Below, piece after piece: positions 15,858 through 24,961 of a stretch of 63,050 nucleotides of DNA (its first letter is position 1; the number at the start of each line of letters is the position of its first letter). The position numbers and the translations under genes were made by a program. Source of the stretch: a virus; the IMG/VR virus record IMGVR_UViG_3300045988_082360. One strand, written 5' to 3'. Under the pieces are notes generated by a model. That model was not told the DNA's origin. It saw only the letters and a program-made list of their open reading frames with translations, and searched no databases.

Positions 15858-16109
15858 ATGGAAGACAAGAGAATGAACGAGATCGAGGAAATCGAAGCTA
15901 CGGAAGTCGACGAGACTCAGGACAGCTCTAATGCTGGTGCCCTGCTCGCCGGTGTCATCGGAGGTTTCATTGCTTACGCTGTGATTGGCGGGGCGAAGAA
16001 GCTGCGGGTGATCATCGAAGAGAAGGTCACTGCAAAGAAGCTGGCGGAAGCCGCTAAGACCGACAAGGCCGAAATCGACTCGGCAGACGAGGATTCCGAG
16101 GAAAACTAA
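15858..16109 (+). CDS. small membrane protein with acidic termini
   Basis: AAAGGAGAA precedes ATG 15858. TM helix ALLAGVIGGFIAYAVIGGA. Confidence 0.5.
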   Translation: MEDKRMNEIEEIEATEVDETQDSSNAGALLAGVIGGFIAYAVIGGAKKLRVIIEEKVTAKKLAEAAKTDKAEIDSADEDSEEN

Positions 16110-16135
16110 GAAAAGTAAATTGCGGAGTTCTACAA

Positions 16136-16176
16136 GGGAGAGTGCCAATAACAGGGCGCTTTCCCTTTTTTCTTTT
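16136..16176 (+). terminator. intrinsic terminator (imperfect stem)
   Basis: Stem GGGAGAGTGCC...GGCGCTTTCCC followed by TTTTTTCTTTTT. Confidence 0.55.
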
Positions 16177-16199
16177 TATCAAATTTTGGAGGTGCACTA

Positions 16200-16805
16200 A
16201 TGCCTGAATATCCTGATAACTCGCATAGCGCGAGAGAAAACACAAGTCCTCCCTCCAAACGGGTGGAGAAAGTTGTCAACGGCACAGCAAAGACCCGCAA
16301 GCAGAGCGAGGTCAAGAAATTTGCCGGCATATTCATGCCTGATGAAGTTGGCGATGTTAAAACCTTCATCATCACGGATGTCGTTATCCCTGGTTTGAAG
16401 AACGCCATCGCCGATGTTGTCAGCATTGTTCTCTTTGGCGAAGCCGGCCGCATCGGCACTCGGAAGAACGCCGGATCAAAGGTATCGTATCAGCGGTATT
16501 ATGACGATCCTCGCAGAGATGACCGCAGGAACTACAATCAGCGGCCGAGACCTGTTGCCGGGTTTGAATTTGATGACATCATCTTCGACAACCGTGGAGA
16601 TGCAGACCTCGTCCTCGACCAGTTAGAATCCGCTATTGCCAACTATGGCATGGCCAGCGTGCTGGATCTCTATGACCTCGCCGGACTTACTTGCCAGAAT
16701 TACATGGCTGATAAGTACGGCTGGACTGATATTCAGAGTGCCAGAGTTGCCCGAACGAGGGACGGCTACATCTTGCAGCTTCCCAGAGCAATCCAAATCA
16801 CCTAA
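16200..16805 (+). CDS. hypothetical protein, paralog family 2
   Basis: Its C-terminal domain is shared with the 13253 ORF (see that entry). RBS TGGAGG is upstream. Confidence 0.5.
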   Translation: MPEYPDNSHSARENTSPPSKRVEKVVNGTAKTRKQSEVKKFAGIFMPDEVGDVKTFIITDVVIPGLKNAIADVVSIVLFGEAGRIGTRKNAGSKVSYQRYYDDPRRDDRRNYNQRPRPVAGFEFDDIIFDNRGDADLVLDQLESAIANYGMASVLDLYDLAGLTCQNYMADKYGWTDIQSARVARTRDGYILQLPRAIQIT

Positions 16806-16819
16806 AAAGAGGTGCAGTC

Positions 16820-16930
16820 ATGTACGGATATTTTGTCTCAAGCGGGTACAGAGGCTTCGTCGACGGAACATGGATGCTGTTCCCGACTGAGTCCGAGTAT
16901 TACGAATACATGAAAGAGCTCGAAAACTGA
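16820..16930 (+). CDS. 36-aa conserved-looking small protein
   Basis: The product is MYGYFVSSGYRGFVDGTWMLFPTESEYYEYMKELEN. RBS AGAGGTG is upstream. The ORF is below the track cut-off. Confidence 0.4.
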   Translation: MYGYFVSSGYRGFVDGTWMLFPTESEYYEYMKELEN

Positions 16931-16964
16931 GCTGAAAACTACAATTAAGAAAGGATTTATTACC

Positions 16965-17933
16965 ATGAAAGCTAATGAAATCATGACTTCCGCAAAGCGT
17001 ACCTTCTCCAAGGTCGGCTTTGGGCTCCAGAAGAAGAGCCCCGAAATTCTTGTCGGCATCGGCATCGTAGGTGCTGTTGCAAGTGCCGTTCTGGCCTGCA
17101 AGGCTACCACAAAGGCAGGTGCCATCGTCGAGGAGTCTAAGAACTCTCTCGCTGATATTCGTGAGGCCAATGAAAACGGCGTCACCAAGGCTGGTGAGTC
17201 CTACTTCGCAGAGGATCGCAGGAAAGATCTCGCCATCGCCTATGTTCAGACAGGCGTGAAGTTCGCAAAGCTGTATGCCCCCGCGGTCATGATCGGTGCA
17301 GTTTCTATCGCCAGCATTCTCGCAAGCCACAACATCATGAAGAAGCGCAACGTCGCTCTGGCGGCTGCTTACGCTGCTGTCGATAAGTCTTTCAAGGATT
17401 ATCGTGACCGCGTAATCGAGCGTTTCGGCGAGCAGGTTGAAAAGGAGCTGCGCTACAACATCAAGGCGCAGGAGATCGAAGAGACCGTCACGGACGACAA
17501 GGGCAAGGAAAAGAAGGTCAAGCAGAATGTGAATGTCGCAGACGAGAACTGGAATGGCTCTGACTACGGCCCTTACGCAAAGGTGTTTGATGATACTCAC
17601 TCCGATTGGAAGCAGGACCCTGAAATGAACCTCTTCTATCTGCGTGCTCGTCAGGCTCAGGCGAATGATATGCTCAAGTCCCAGGGTCACCTCTTCCTGA
17701 ACGAAGTTTACGATATGCTCGGTTTCAAGCGCACCAAAGCCGGCGCTGTTGTCGGTTGGATCTATGACGACAAGAAGCCTTACGGCGACAACTTTGTTGA
17801 TTTCGGTATGACCGAGATTCGTCGTCACGATGCTGATTCGGACGAGTACAAGCGCGCGTTCATTCTGGACTTCAATGTTGTCGGCGACATCACTTCCAAG
17901 ATCGTCGACCACCAGAATGACTATCTCGCATGA
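16965..17933 (+). CDS. membrane protein, paralog family 3 (copy 3 of 3)
   Basis: It contains SPEILVGIGIVGAVASAVLACKATTKA, LYAPAVMIGAVSIASILAS and LNEVYDMLGF. Confidence 0.6.
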   Translation: MKANEIMTSAKRTFSKVGFGLQKKSPEILVGIGIVGAVASAVLACKATTKAGAIVEESKNSLADIREANENGVTKAGESYFAEDRRKDLAIAYVQTGVKFAKLYAPAVMIGAVSIASILASHNIMKKRNVALAAAYAAVDKSFKDYRDRVIERFGEQVEKELRYNIKAQEIEETVTDDKGKEKKVKQNVNVADENWNGSDYGPYAKVFDDTHSDWKQDPEMNLFYLRARQAQANDMLKSQGHLFLNEVYDMLGFKRTKAGAVVGWIYDDKKPYGDNFVDFGMTEIRRHDADSDEYKRAFILDFNVVGDITSKIVDHQNDYLA

Positions 17934-17943
17934 GGACAAGCCG

Positions 17944-18501
17944 ATGAAAAAATTGCTTATTTGCCTTCTTATCTTCGTCGGGGCTATTTTCATATCTTGT
18001 AACTTCGTGATAAACGCAACGATGACCAAAACGGTTCCGGAACAGCCTATGATTCAGACGGAACCTCTCTCTCTGATCGTCGAGACACCTGCTCCATCCA
18101 CTGATATTTTACTGGAGGAAGAGCCTGCACCTACTCCCGAACCAGAGCCTTTGGCTACGAGGGAGGAGATCGAGCTTCTTGCTCTCTGCACTATGGCGGA
18201 AGCCGAGGGAGAATGCGAGCAGGGCCAGCGACTGGTCATTGACAGCGTTCTCAATCGTGTAGATGATCCGCATTTCCCGAATACGATCTCCGAGGTCATC
18301 TGGCAGAAAAACCAGTATGCGGGTATGTACGGTGACCGTATCATCCGCTGCTATGTTATGGACGAGCTGGTAAAGCTCGTTGAAGAAGAACTGGAAAATC
18401 GTACCGACTACGATGTCGTGTTCTTCAATGCGGGCCATTACAGCGACTATGGAGTTCCTATGTTCCAGGTCGGAAACCATTACTTCTCAAGCTATGATTA
18501 A
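17944..18501 (+). CDS. SleB-like cell-wall hydrolase with signal/TM anchor
   Basis: The N-terminus is KKLLICLLIFVGAIFISC. The catalytic-domain pattern is LLALCTMAEAEGECEQGQRLVIDSVLNRVDDPHFPNTISEVIWQKNQY. Confidence 0.65.
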   Translation: MKKLLICLLIFVGAIFISCNFVINATMTKTVPEQPMIQTEPLSLIVETPAPSTDILLEEEPAPTPEPEPLATREEIELLALCTMAEAEGECEQGQRLVIDSVLNRVDDPHFPNTISEVIWQKNQYAGMYGDRIIRCYVMDELVKLVEEELENRTDYDVVFFNAGHYSDYGVPMFQVGNHYFSSYD

Positions 18502-18515
18502 AAGGAGGAACAATT

Positions 18516-18614
18516 ATGAAGAAGATCATGCTTTCCCTGCTCTCTTATACCCTGGCGACTATGTCCGGCCTCTGCCTGGTGGGCGGAGCAGCAGTCCTCA
18601 GCTACAAGGAGTGA
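18516..18614 (+). CDS. 32-aa membrane peptide
   Basis: AAAGGAGGAA lies 5 nt before the ATG. The product is MKKIMLSLLSYTLATMSGLCLVGGAAVLSYKE. Confidence 0.4.
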   Translation: MKKIMLSLLSYTLATMSGLCLVGGAAVLSYKE

Positions 18615-18619
18615 CTGAC

Positions 18620-18784
18620 ATGGAGGGAATTGCGAATTTCATTTCCATGCTCGACTATGTTCTTGACACAAAGCGTAAGCGTCACATCACCGGAGGATTG
18701 CTGTTGAGTGGCGCTTTACTCTTTGGCGGTCTGGCTATGACCGTCATGAGCATCCGAGATGACGAGGAGGACGAAGATGAGTAA
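18620..18784 (+). CDS. small membrane protein
   Basis: TM helix GGLLLSGALLFGGLAMTVM followed by an acidic tail. Confidence 0.4.
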   Translation: MEGIANFISMLDYVLDTKRKRHITGGLLLSGALLFGGLAMTVMSIRDDEEDEDE

Positions 18785-19364
18785 AGCATCTACCGGCTTT
18801 GCCTTTGTGGCAGGCCTTACTATCGGCGCAGCAGGCGCCTGGTACTATCTGAAGGATAAGTACGCAAAACTCGCCGAGGAAGAGATTGCCTCGGTCAAAG
18901 CAGCATACGCCAAGCGTGAGAAACCGACAATGGAAGAAAAAGCTGTCTCGCTTGTAAATGCTGCCAAGAACATGGATAAGGGTAGCATTACCGAGTACAC
19001 TCAGCGTTTGCAGGAGGCTGGTTATAAGGACTACTCCAGAACGATTGACGAGAAGCCCTCGGGAACGCCTGGTGAAGTTCCGTATGTCATCTCTCCTGAT
19101 GAATTCGGAGAGCTTGAAGACTATACGAAAGTTAGCCTGACCTACTTCGCTGATGGCGTCTTGGCTGATGAGTGCGGTGAAATCGTTGATGATGTGGAGG
19201 AAATCATCGGCGATGGGCTGGACCACTTCGGCGAATACGAAGACGATTCGGTGTTCGTAAGGAGTGATGCAAAGCGCTGTGACTACGAGATTCTCAAGGA
19301 TCTGCGTGATTTCAGCGACTTCAAGAAGAAAAACTTTCCTCCGAATAATGACGAGGAGGTCTGA
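18777..19364 (+). CDS. hypothetical protein with N-terminal TM (YtxH-like start)
   Basis: The N-terminus is MSKASTGFAFVAGLTIGAAGAWYYL. The start overlaps the upstream stop. Confidence 0.5.
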   Translation: MSKASTGFAFVAGLTIGAAGAWYYLKDKYAKLAEEEIASVKAAYAKREKPTMEEKAVSLVNAAKNMDKGSITEYTQRLQEAGYKDYSRTIDEKPSGTPGEVPYVISPDEFGELEDYTKVSLTYFADGVLADECGEIVDDVEEIIGDGLDHFGEYEDDSVFVRSDAKRCDYEILKDLRDFSDFKKKNFPPNNDEEV

Positions 19365-19366
19365 CC

Positions 19367-19930
19367 TTGACCAAGAGCGAGCTTAACGATCCATATTTCG
19401 AGTGGATGTACCGGCTCGTGGTCGACGACCGATATTCTAATAAGTCCTATCGGCGACTGTTCTACAAGCTCCACGACACGGAGTTTGCATACACAATCCC
19501 GATGGACGGCAACCGGGCCGAGGATGGCATCGAGCTTAGGTATCGGTTCGGTCGCGAGCAAGGCTATCGTGATGCTGTAATTGCCAACTGCCTTGATATT
19601 CGGCCTTGCAGTATCCTTGAAATGATGATCGCCCTTGCCATTCGATGTGAAGAACACATCATGGAAGACCCTGATATTGGCAACCGCACCGGACAGTGGT
19701 TCTGGAGTATGCTTGTCAGTTTGGGCCTTGGTTCTATGAGCGATGTTCGGTTTGATCCTGTTCGGGTCGACGAGATTCTCGACCGTTTTATGGATCATGA
19801 CTATGCACCGGATGGTAAGGGCGGTCTGTTCACAATCCGTAACCCTCGGTTTGATATGCGATCTATGGAAATCTGGTATCAGATGAATTGCTATCTTAAC
19901 GAGATCATCAGAGAAGGGAGTTTAACATGA
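19367..19930 (+). CDS. hypothetical protein
   Basis: A 187-aa ORF with a TTG start, tightly packed ahead of the replication gene. Confidence 0.45.
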   Translation: MTKSELNDPYFEWMYRLVVDDRYSNKSYRRLFYKLHDTEFAYTIPMDGNRAEDGIELRYRFGREQGYRDAVIANCLDIRPCSILEMMIALAIRCEEHIMEDPDIGNRTGQWFWSMLVSLGLGSMSDVRFDPVRVDEILDRFMDHDYAPDGKGGLFTIRNPRFDMRSMEIWYQMNCYLNEIIREGSLT

Positions 19931-20148
19931 ATACGATCACGCATGATATTTTCGTGACGGTCATGCCGTCTAAGAATTTCTGCAAGCAGATGCAGCGGCA
20001 GGCTCGCAGCACGAAGATGTTCAAGTTGCTTGCGGTAGGGGCGATGGTCCTTGCCGCAGCAACCGAGGTTGAGCGCAGGAAGCTGGAGGAGCAGGTCTAT
20101 CAGCTCTCTGTTCGAGTAAAGAAGTTGGAGCGCGGCGAAGGAGAGTAA
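19927..20148 (+). CDS. small coiled-coil/TM protein
   Basis: ATGA overlap with the upstream gene. It contains KLLAVGAMVLAAATEV followed by a charged helix. Confidence 0.4.
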   Translation: MNTITHDIFVTVMPSKNFCKQMQRQARSTKMFKLLAVGAMVLAAATEVERRKLEEQVYQLSVRVKKLERGEGE

Positions 20149-20151
20149 TCA

Positions 20152-23100
20152 ATGTTAGACTTCTTGGTGATTGCAACGCGCAGTGGCAAGCGTGGTATCA
20201 TCGAGATCTATCCCAAGTTTATCATCAAGAAAAGCAGCGACCTCATGATTAGAGGCGGCGATTTCTACGCTATCTGGATTGAGGAACGGGGATTGTGGTC
20301 GACTGATGAACAGGATGCGGTTGACCTGATCGACCGCGAACTGGACCGATACGCCGAGGAAAACTGTAAGCGTTTTGATGACAATTATCGAGTCATGCAT
20401 ATGTGGGACGCGGAAACCGGAATGATTGATACATGGCACAAATATTGCCAGAAGCAGATGAAGGACCAGTTCCATATGCTCGACGAGAAACTGATATTTT
20501 CAAACAGCAAAACGGGGAAAAAAGACTATGCCAGCAAGATGCTGAATTATCCGCTTGAGCAGGGTGAGGCGAACTCTTATGACAAGCTCATGAGTGTTCT
20601 GTACTCTCCTGCCGAGCGGCACAAAATCGAATGGGCCATTGGTTCAGTCGTGTCCGGTGACTCCAAGAGGCTGCAAAAGTTCATGGTGCTTTACGGCGCC
20701 GCTGGTACTGGTAAGTCCACGGTGCTCAACATCATTCAGCAGCTCTTTGATGGTTATTACTCTGTATTCGATGCTAAGGCTCTCGGTTCTTCAAGCAATG
20801 CATTTGCGCTGGAGGCGTTCAAGACGAACCCGTTGGTTGCCATTCAACATGATGGTGACCTATCCCGTATTGAGGATAACACGAGACTTAACAGCCTTGT
20901 TTCGCATGAGCTGATGACGGTCAACGAGAAGTTCAAATCAACTTACGCCAACCGTTTTAAGGCTTTCCTCTTTATGGGCACAAACAAACCGGTTCGTATT
21001 ACGGACGCTAAATCCGGTCTGATTCGACGTTTGATTGATGTTTCCCCAACAGGAGATAAGGTCGAGCCGAACGAGTACAAGACCATCATGAAGCACATCC
21101 CGTTTGAACTTGGCCCGATTGCTTACCACTGTCAAGAGGTCTATCTGGAAGATCCCGCTTACTACGACGGTTATATTCCGATTGCTATGTTGGGGGCCTC
21201 CAATGACTTCTACAACTACATCGTTGATTCCTACCCTGTCTTCAAGCGTGAAGACGGAACGTCCCTCAAGGCTGCTTGGGAGATGTATAAGACCTATAAT
21301 GAGGAAGCAAAGGTCTCGTACCCTCTCAGCCAGAGAGCGTTCAAGGAAGAGTTGAAGAACTATTTCCATGACTACACAGAGCGCTTCAGTATGGAAGATG
21401 GCACTCGTGTTCGGAGCTATTATAGTGGCTTCAGAACTGAAAAATTTGAGGAGCAGACCATCATTGATAAGCCGGAGCCCACAACTCGGCTGATTCAGTT
21501 TGATGGAACAGTATCCGCATTCGACAAGGATTGTGCGGACTGTCCTGCTCAGTATGCCACATCTAAAGAAACGCCCTCGCAGAAATGGGAAAAAGTCACG
21601 AAGACTCTTTCGCAGTTGGATACCTCTAAGCTCCACTATGTCAAGGTGCCTGAGAACCATATCGTCATCGACTTTGATATTCCTGACGAGAATGGCAATA
21701 AGTGCTTTGACCTGAACCTGGCAGAGGCGAGTAAGTGGCCTCCGACCTATGCCGAGGTCAGCAAGGGTGGTCAGGGTATCCATCTACATTATATTTACAC
21801 CGGCGATCCGACAAGGCTGAGCCGTATCTATGACGACCATATTGAGGTGAAGGTCTTCACTGGAAAAAGCTCGCTGCGCCGGAAACTCACTAAATTCAAC
21901 AACCTACCTATTGCAACCATAAGCTCTGGGTTACCATTGAAAGGAGAAAGCAGCATGGTAAACAACAAGGTGGTTCAGAGCGAGAAAGGGCTTAGGGTTC
22001 AAATCAAGAGAAATCTCAACAAGGAGATCCACCCTGCAACTAAGCCCAGTATCGACTTTATCCACAAGATTCTGACGGATGCGTATGAAAGCGGCATGGT
22101 TTACGATGTTACCGATATGCGCAATGCCGTCCTGGCCTTTGCCGCCAACAGCACCAATCAGGCAGAGTATTGCATCAAGCTCGTTAATAAGATGCCGTTC
22201 AAATCTGCCGATGCGGCCCCTGCGGCCAAGAATGAAACCGCTGATCTCGTCTTTTATGATGTCGAGGTGTTTCCGAACCTTTTTCTCGTGAACTGGAAGT
22301 TTGCAGGAAGCGCACAACCTGTGGTTCGGATGATCAACCCGACCTCTGAAGACATCGAGGGCCTGATGAAGTTCCGACTCATTGGCTTCAACTGCCGGCG
22401 GTATGATAACCACATTCTCTATGCTCGCTTGATGGGTTATACCAATGAGCAGCTTTACAACCTGTCTCAGCGGATCATCGGCAGCGAAAAGAAATCCAAG
22501 AGCAACAACTGCTTCTTTGGCGAAGCCTATAATGTCTCTTACACTGATGTATACGACTTCTGCTCGAAAAAACAGAGCTTGAAGAAGTGGGAAATCGAGC
22601 TTGGCATTCACCATCAGGAGCTCGGTCTTCCGTGGGATCAGCCTGTTCCGGAGAGCATGTGGCAGAAGGTTGCCGAGTATTGTGACAATGATGTCATTGC
22701 TACGGAGGCAGTATTCAATGCCCGTAAGGCTGACTTCATAGCTCGTGAGATCCTGGCCGATGTGGCTGGAATGACCGTCAACGATACCACGAACACTTTG
22801 ACCGCCAAGATTATCTTCGGTGGAAACAAGAAGCCGCAGGATCAGTTCAATTACCGCGACATGGGCGATGCCAGTCAGATTTGCAGCATGGACGATCTGC
22901 CGTTCAAGTTTGGGCCGGAAGAATATGACAACTATACGGCATTTGACAAGAAAGACCGTCCGATCTTCCCTGGTTACAAGTTCGACAAAGGCAAGTCTAC
23001 TTATCGCGGCGAAGAAGTTGGCGAGGGTGGCTATGTCTATGCCGAGCCTGGTATGTACGGAAATATCGCTCTGCTGGATATTGCTTCTATGCATCCCTCA

Positions 23101-24177
23101 AGCATCATCGCAGAGGATCTCTTCGGGCCGGTCTATACGAAGCGGTTTCGTGAGATTCGTGATGCTCGTGTCGCCATTAAGCATAAGGAGTTCGACAAGG
23201 CTCGCAAGATGCTGAACGGTGCTCTGGCAAAGTATCTGACGGACGAGAGTGCCGCCGATGCTCTGGCACAGGCGCTAAAAATCGCTATCAACTCCGTTTA
23301 CGGTCTGACTTCGGCCAGCTTCGAGAATCCGTTCCATGACAACCGTAACAAAGATAATATCGTCGCCAAGCGCGGAGCCCTGTTTATGATCAACCTCAAG
23401 CACGAGGTTCAGAAACGGGGCTTTGTTGTTGCTCACATCAAGACGGACTCTATCAAGATTCCAGACGCTACGCCTGAGATCATTCAGTTCGTCATGGACT
23501 ACGGTAAGATGTACGGTTATATTTTCGAGCACGAAGCGACTTATGATCGCATGTGCCTCGTCAACAACGCCGTTTATATTGCCAAGTACAAAGATGGTAA
23601 GCACGCCGGTGAGTGGACAGCCACGGGCACTCAGTTCCAGATCCCGTATGTCTTCAAGAAGCTCTTCTCGCATGAGGAGATCACCTTCGAGGATATGTGC
23701 GAGACGAAGTCCGTTACCTCTGCTATTTATATTGACAGAAGTCCCGATGAAGCCGCGGCCTATATCAACAACCCGGACATGGCAATACAGTCTGAGGATA
23801 ACCTTGTACTTGATAATGGTCATACTTTGCAGTTCATCGGAAAGGTCGGACTGTTTACCCCGATTAAGTCCGGTTGTGGTGGAGGTTCACTCGTTCGTCA
23901 AAACACCGATAAAAACGGCAATGTCAAGTACGATTCCGTCGTCGGAACAAAAGACTATCTATGGATGGAATCTGAGATGGTCAAAATTCTCGGAAAGGAA
24001 GACTGCATTGACCGGAGATACTATGATGCTCTCGTTGATGCTGCGGCCACTGATATTTCCAAGTATGGTGATTTCGAGTGGTTCGTTTCCGAAGATCCGT
24101 ATGTTTCTGACACACCGCCTTGGTTCGGTCCCGGCGAGCCCCACGAAGAAGACAGTACACCGTTTGATGTGAGGTAA
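20152..24177 (+). CDS. fused P-loop NTPase (SF3-helicase-like) / prim-pol-like / family B DNA polymerase
   Basis: Walker A GAAGTGKS (nt 20695-20718). Prim-pol-like HIVIDFDIPDENG...GGQGIHLHYIY. PolB ExoI FYDVEVF (22252-22272), ExoII FNCRRYDNHIL, ExoIII YCDNDVIATE, motif A LLDIASMHPSS, motif B KIAINSVYG, motif C HIKTDSIKI. Confidence 0.75.
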   Translation: MLDFLVIATRSGKRGIIEIYPKFIIKKSSDLMIRGGDFYAIWIEERGLWSTDEQDAVDLIDRELDRYAEENCKRFDDNYRVMHMWDAETGMIDTWHKYCQKQMKDQFHMLDEKLIFSNSKTGKKDYASKMLNYPLEQGEANSYDKLMSVLYSPAERHKIEWAIGSVVSGDSKRLQKFMVLYGAAGTGKSTVLNIIQQLFDGYYSVFDAKALGSSSNAFALEAFKTNPLVAIQHDGDLSRIEDNTRLNSLVSHELMTVNEKFKSTYANRFKAFLFMGTNKPVRITDAKSGLIRRLIDVSPTGDKVEPNEYKTIMKHIPFELGPIAYHCQEVYLEDPAYYDGYIPIAMLGASNDFYNYIVDSYPVFKREDGTSLKAAWEMYKTYNEEAKVSYPLSQRAFKEELKNYFHDYTERFSMEDGTRVRSYYSGFRTEKFEEQTIIDKPEPTTRLIQFDGTVSAFDKDCADCPAQYATSKETPSQKWEKVTKTLSQLDTSKLHYVKVPENHIVIDFDIPDENGNKCFDLNLAEASKWPPTYAEVSKGGQGIHLHYIYTGDPTRLSRIYDDHIEVKVFTGKSSLRRKLTKFNNLPIATISSGLPLKGESSMVNNKVVQSEKGLRVQIKRNLNKEIHPATKPSIDFIHKILTDAYESGMVYDVTDMRNAVLAFAANSTNQAEYCIKLVNKMPFKSADAAPAAKNETADLVFYDVEVFPNLFLVNWKFAGSAQPVVRMINPTSEDIEGLMKFRLIGFNCRRYDNHILYARLMGYTNEQLYNLSQRIIGSEKKSKSNNCFFGEAYNVSYTDVYDFCSKKQSLKKWEIELGIHHQELGLPWDQPVPESMWQKVAEYCDNDVIATEAVFNARKADFIAREILADVAGMTVNDTTNTLTAKIIFGGNKKPQDQFNYRDMGDASQICSMDDLPFKFGPEEYDNYTAFDKKDRPIFPGYKFDKGKSTYRGEEVGEGGYVYAEPGMYGNIALLDIASMHPSSIIAEDLFGPVYTKRFREIRDARVAIKHKEFDKARKMLNGALAKYLTDESAADALAQALKIAINSVYGLTSASFENPFHDNRNKDNIVAKRGALFMINLKHEVQKRGFVVAHIKTDSIKIPDATPEIIQFVMDYGKMYGYIFEHEATYDRMCLVNNAVYIAKYKDGKHAGEWTATGTQFQIPYVFKKLFSHEEITFEDMCETKSVTSAIYIDRSPDEAAAYINNPDMAIQSEDNLVLDNGHTLQFIGKVGLFTPIKSGCGGGSLVRQNTDKNGNVKYDSVVGTKDYLWMESEMVKILGKEDCIDRRYYDALVDAAATDISKYGDFEWFVSEDPYVSDTPPWFGPGEPHEEDSTPFDVR

Positions 24178-24181
24178 TTCT

Positions 24182-24385
24182 ATGGAGAAAAGCTTCACCA
24201 AAGACGGCGTTCGTTGGTTTACTTGCAGGCGATGTGGATTGAGAAACTGCGAGAACATTTATCGGTGGAAAAAGAAGCCGCAGCCTATGAAAAACATCTG
24301 CACCCTCTGCATTGAAAAAGAGGAACTGGCACACCAGGAAGCTCGGGAACGAGTTCATTACAGTCCATTCCAATATCCATTTTAA
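24182..24385 (+). CDS. zinc-ribbon protein
   Basis: It has CRRCGL...CTLCIE pairs. Confidence 0.45.
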   Translation: MEKSFTKDGVRWFTCRRCGLRNCENIYRWKKKPQPMKNICTLCIEKEELAHQEARERVHYSPFQYPF

Positions 24386-24406
24386 CAGTTGAGAGGAGTC
24401 TTAATC

Positions 24407-24895
24407 ATGAGTCGTAAAGCTACTGACAACATCATCATCGAAAACGCCCGCATTATCTTCCGGAACTTTTCCGGTAAGGAGGACAAGTACAACCGCACCG
24501 GTGATCGCAATTTCTGCGTTATCATCGAGGACCACAACGATGCTCAGCGTCTGATCGAAGACGGCTGGAATATCCGCGTGATGCCCCCCCGTGAGGAAGG
24601 TGACGAGCCTCGCCACTATCTCCAGGTCGCGGTGAGCTTCAAGAACTTCCCGCCCAAGGTCGTCATGGTCACCCGCCGCAAGCAGACGCCTCTCGATGAG
24701 GAGTCCATCGGCGCGCTCGACTTTGCCGAGATCAGCAATGTGGATCTTATCATCCGCCCCTATAACTGGATCATCCAGGAGGGCACCAAGAACGAGAAGA
24801 GCGGTGTGAAGGCCTACCTCAAAACGATGTATGTCACAATTGAGGAGGATGAGTTCGCTGAGAAGTATGCTGCGAGCGAGTATCCGCAGGAATAA
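24407..24895 (+). CDS. putative single-stranded-DNA-binding protein (phage SSB-like, acidic tail)
   Basis: It lies directly after the polymerase. It has a beta-rich N-terminal pattern ([15 protein letters not shown]...) and an acidic C-terminus ([17 protein letters not shown]). The call rests on position and composition only. Confidence 0.35.
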   Translation: MSRKATDNIIIENARIIFRNFSGKEDKYNRTGDRNFCVIIEDHNDAQRLIEDGWNIRVMPPREEGDEPRHYLQVAVSFKNFPPKVVMVTRRKQTPLDEESIGALDFAEISNVDLIIRPYNWIIQEGTKNEKSGVKAYLKTMYVTIEEDEFAEKYAASEYPQE

Positions 24896-24905
24896 GAAAC
24901 TGATA

Positions 24906-24945
24906 GGGACGCTGGTTAGGAGGTAGCCGGCGTCCCATTTCTGTT
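24906..24945 (+). terminator. intrinsic terminator (weak T-run)
   Basis: Stem GGGACGCTGG...CCGGCGTCCC followed by ATTTCTGTTT. Confidence 0.5.
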
Positions 24946-24961
24946 TAAGGTGGAAACGTTT

